From positions 82,001-144,000 of the forward strand of contig NZ_JMCB01000002.1 of NCBI RefSeq assembly GCF_000737315.1: a stretch of DNA of 62,000 nt. Reading direction: 5' to 3'. Shown here piece after piece: positions 61,573 through 62,000 of the stretch (its first letter is position 1; the number at the start of each line of letters is the position of its first letter). The notes under the pieces were generated by a model that saw nothing but the letters and a program-made list of their open reading frames with translations, searched no databases and was not told the DNA's origin. The DNA is from Hyalangium minutum. GTDB lineage: Bacteria; Myxococcota; Myxococcia; Myxococcales; Myxococcaceae. The translations under genes were made by a program, and so were the position numbers.

Positions 61573-62000
61573 GTGTCGCTGATCTGGATGCTGATCCACT
61601 TCTTCTGTGCGGTGTTCGCCGCCGTGGGCGTAGGGCTGCTCGTGGCCGGGCTTCGCGATGCCTGGAAGTCCTCCCGCACCCAGAAGTGGCCTCGGGCCCA
61701 GGGCACGGTCGTCTCCACCGAGGAGCTCCAGCACCAGCGGCCCGTGCCCGAAGAGTCCGGCGGCGGCACCCGCATCCACTATGAGGCCCGGATCCATTAC
61801 GAATATTCAGTAGGTCGAGTCCATATCGGCTCGACGGTTGTAAGGCTCGGCCCCACCGAGACCAGCAACGAGAAGCAGGTCCAGGCCACCCTGGCGCGTT
61901 ACCTGCCCGGGCAGACCGTCCAGGTCGCCTACAACCCCCAGGATCCCACCGAGTCCGTGCTGGAAACCGGCCTCCACCCTCTGGACTTCACCCGGGCCAT
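61573..62000 (+). CDS. DUF3592-like membrane protein, truncated by the window end
   Basis: GTG at 61573; TM then WPRAQGTVV...IHYEYSV...GQTVQVAYNPQDPTESVLE; missed by the ORF track because no stop falls inside the window. Confidence 0.8.
   Translation, partial: MSLIWMLIHFFCAVFAAVGVGLLVAGLRDAWKSSRTQKWPRAQGTVVSTEELQHQRPVPEESGGGTRIHYEARIHYEYSVGRVHIGSTVVRLGPTETSNEKQVQATLARYLPGQTVQVAYNPQDPTESVLETGLHPLDFTRA

Overview
High-GC DNA whose gene content (many Ser/Thr kinases, poly-HAMP hybrid kinase, RapA, TadA, LpoA-like lipoprotein) points to a myxobacterium (Myxococcales; inferred, not determined). About 41 genes. No rRNA, tRNA, CRISPR array or mobile element is recognisable. (1) 1-19.4 kb is a dense block of two-component genes with no obvious transmembrane segments in the kinases: a 5'-truncated poly-HAMP hybrid kinase built on 276-bp repeats, a degenerate CheR/CheB pair, two REC-first hybrid kinases, a wHTH plus two small membrane proteins, a Ser/Thr kinase, an ABC1 kinase, and a PAS kinase with single REC divergent from a NarL-type regulator across a perfect 18-bp palindrome. 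(2) 19.6-29.4 kb is the best candidate for an undescribed system: a tightly coupled minus-strand run of seven genes, namely multiheme c-type cytochrome lipoprotein > FIST (NosP-like) protein > hybrid kinase > single REC > divergent tryptophan 2,3-dioxygenase > kynureninase-like PLP enzyme > O-methyltransferase. It may link heme/redox/NO sensing to production of a methylated tryptophan-derived small molecule (hypothesis). (3) 30-62 kb is mostly housekeeping and envelope genes (rapA-like, MsbA-like ABC, dnaJ, LpoA-like, FNR-like, TadA/CpaF, chrA, ung) with several odd architectures: an ExbB/ExbD-like fusion, a Ser/Thr kinase with an MshEN motif, a WD40 protein with an inserted retropepsin-like domain, and a non-catalytic transglycosylase-like protein. 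All domain calls come from reading motifs by eye; no database search was run.
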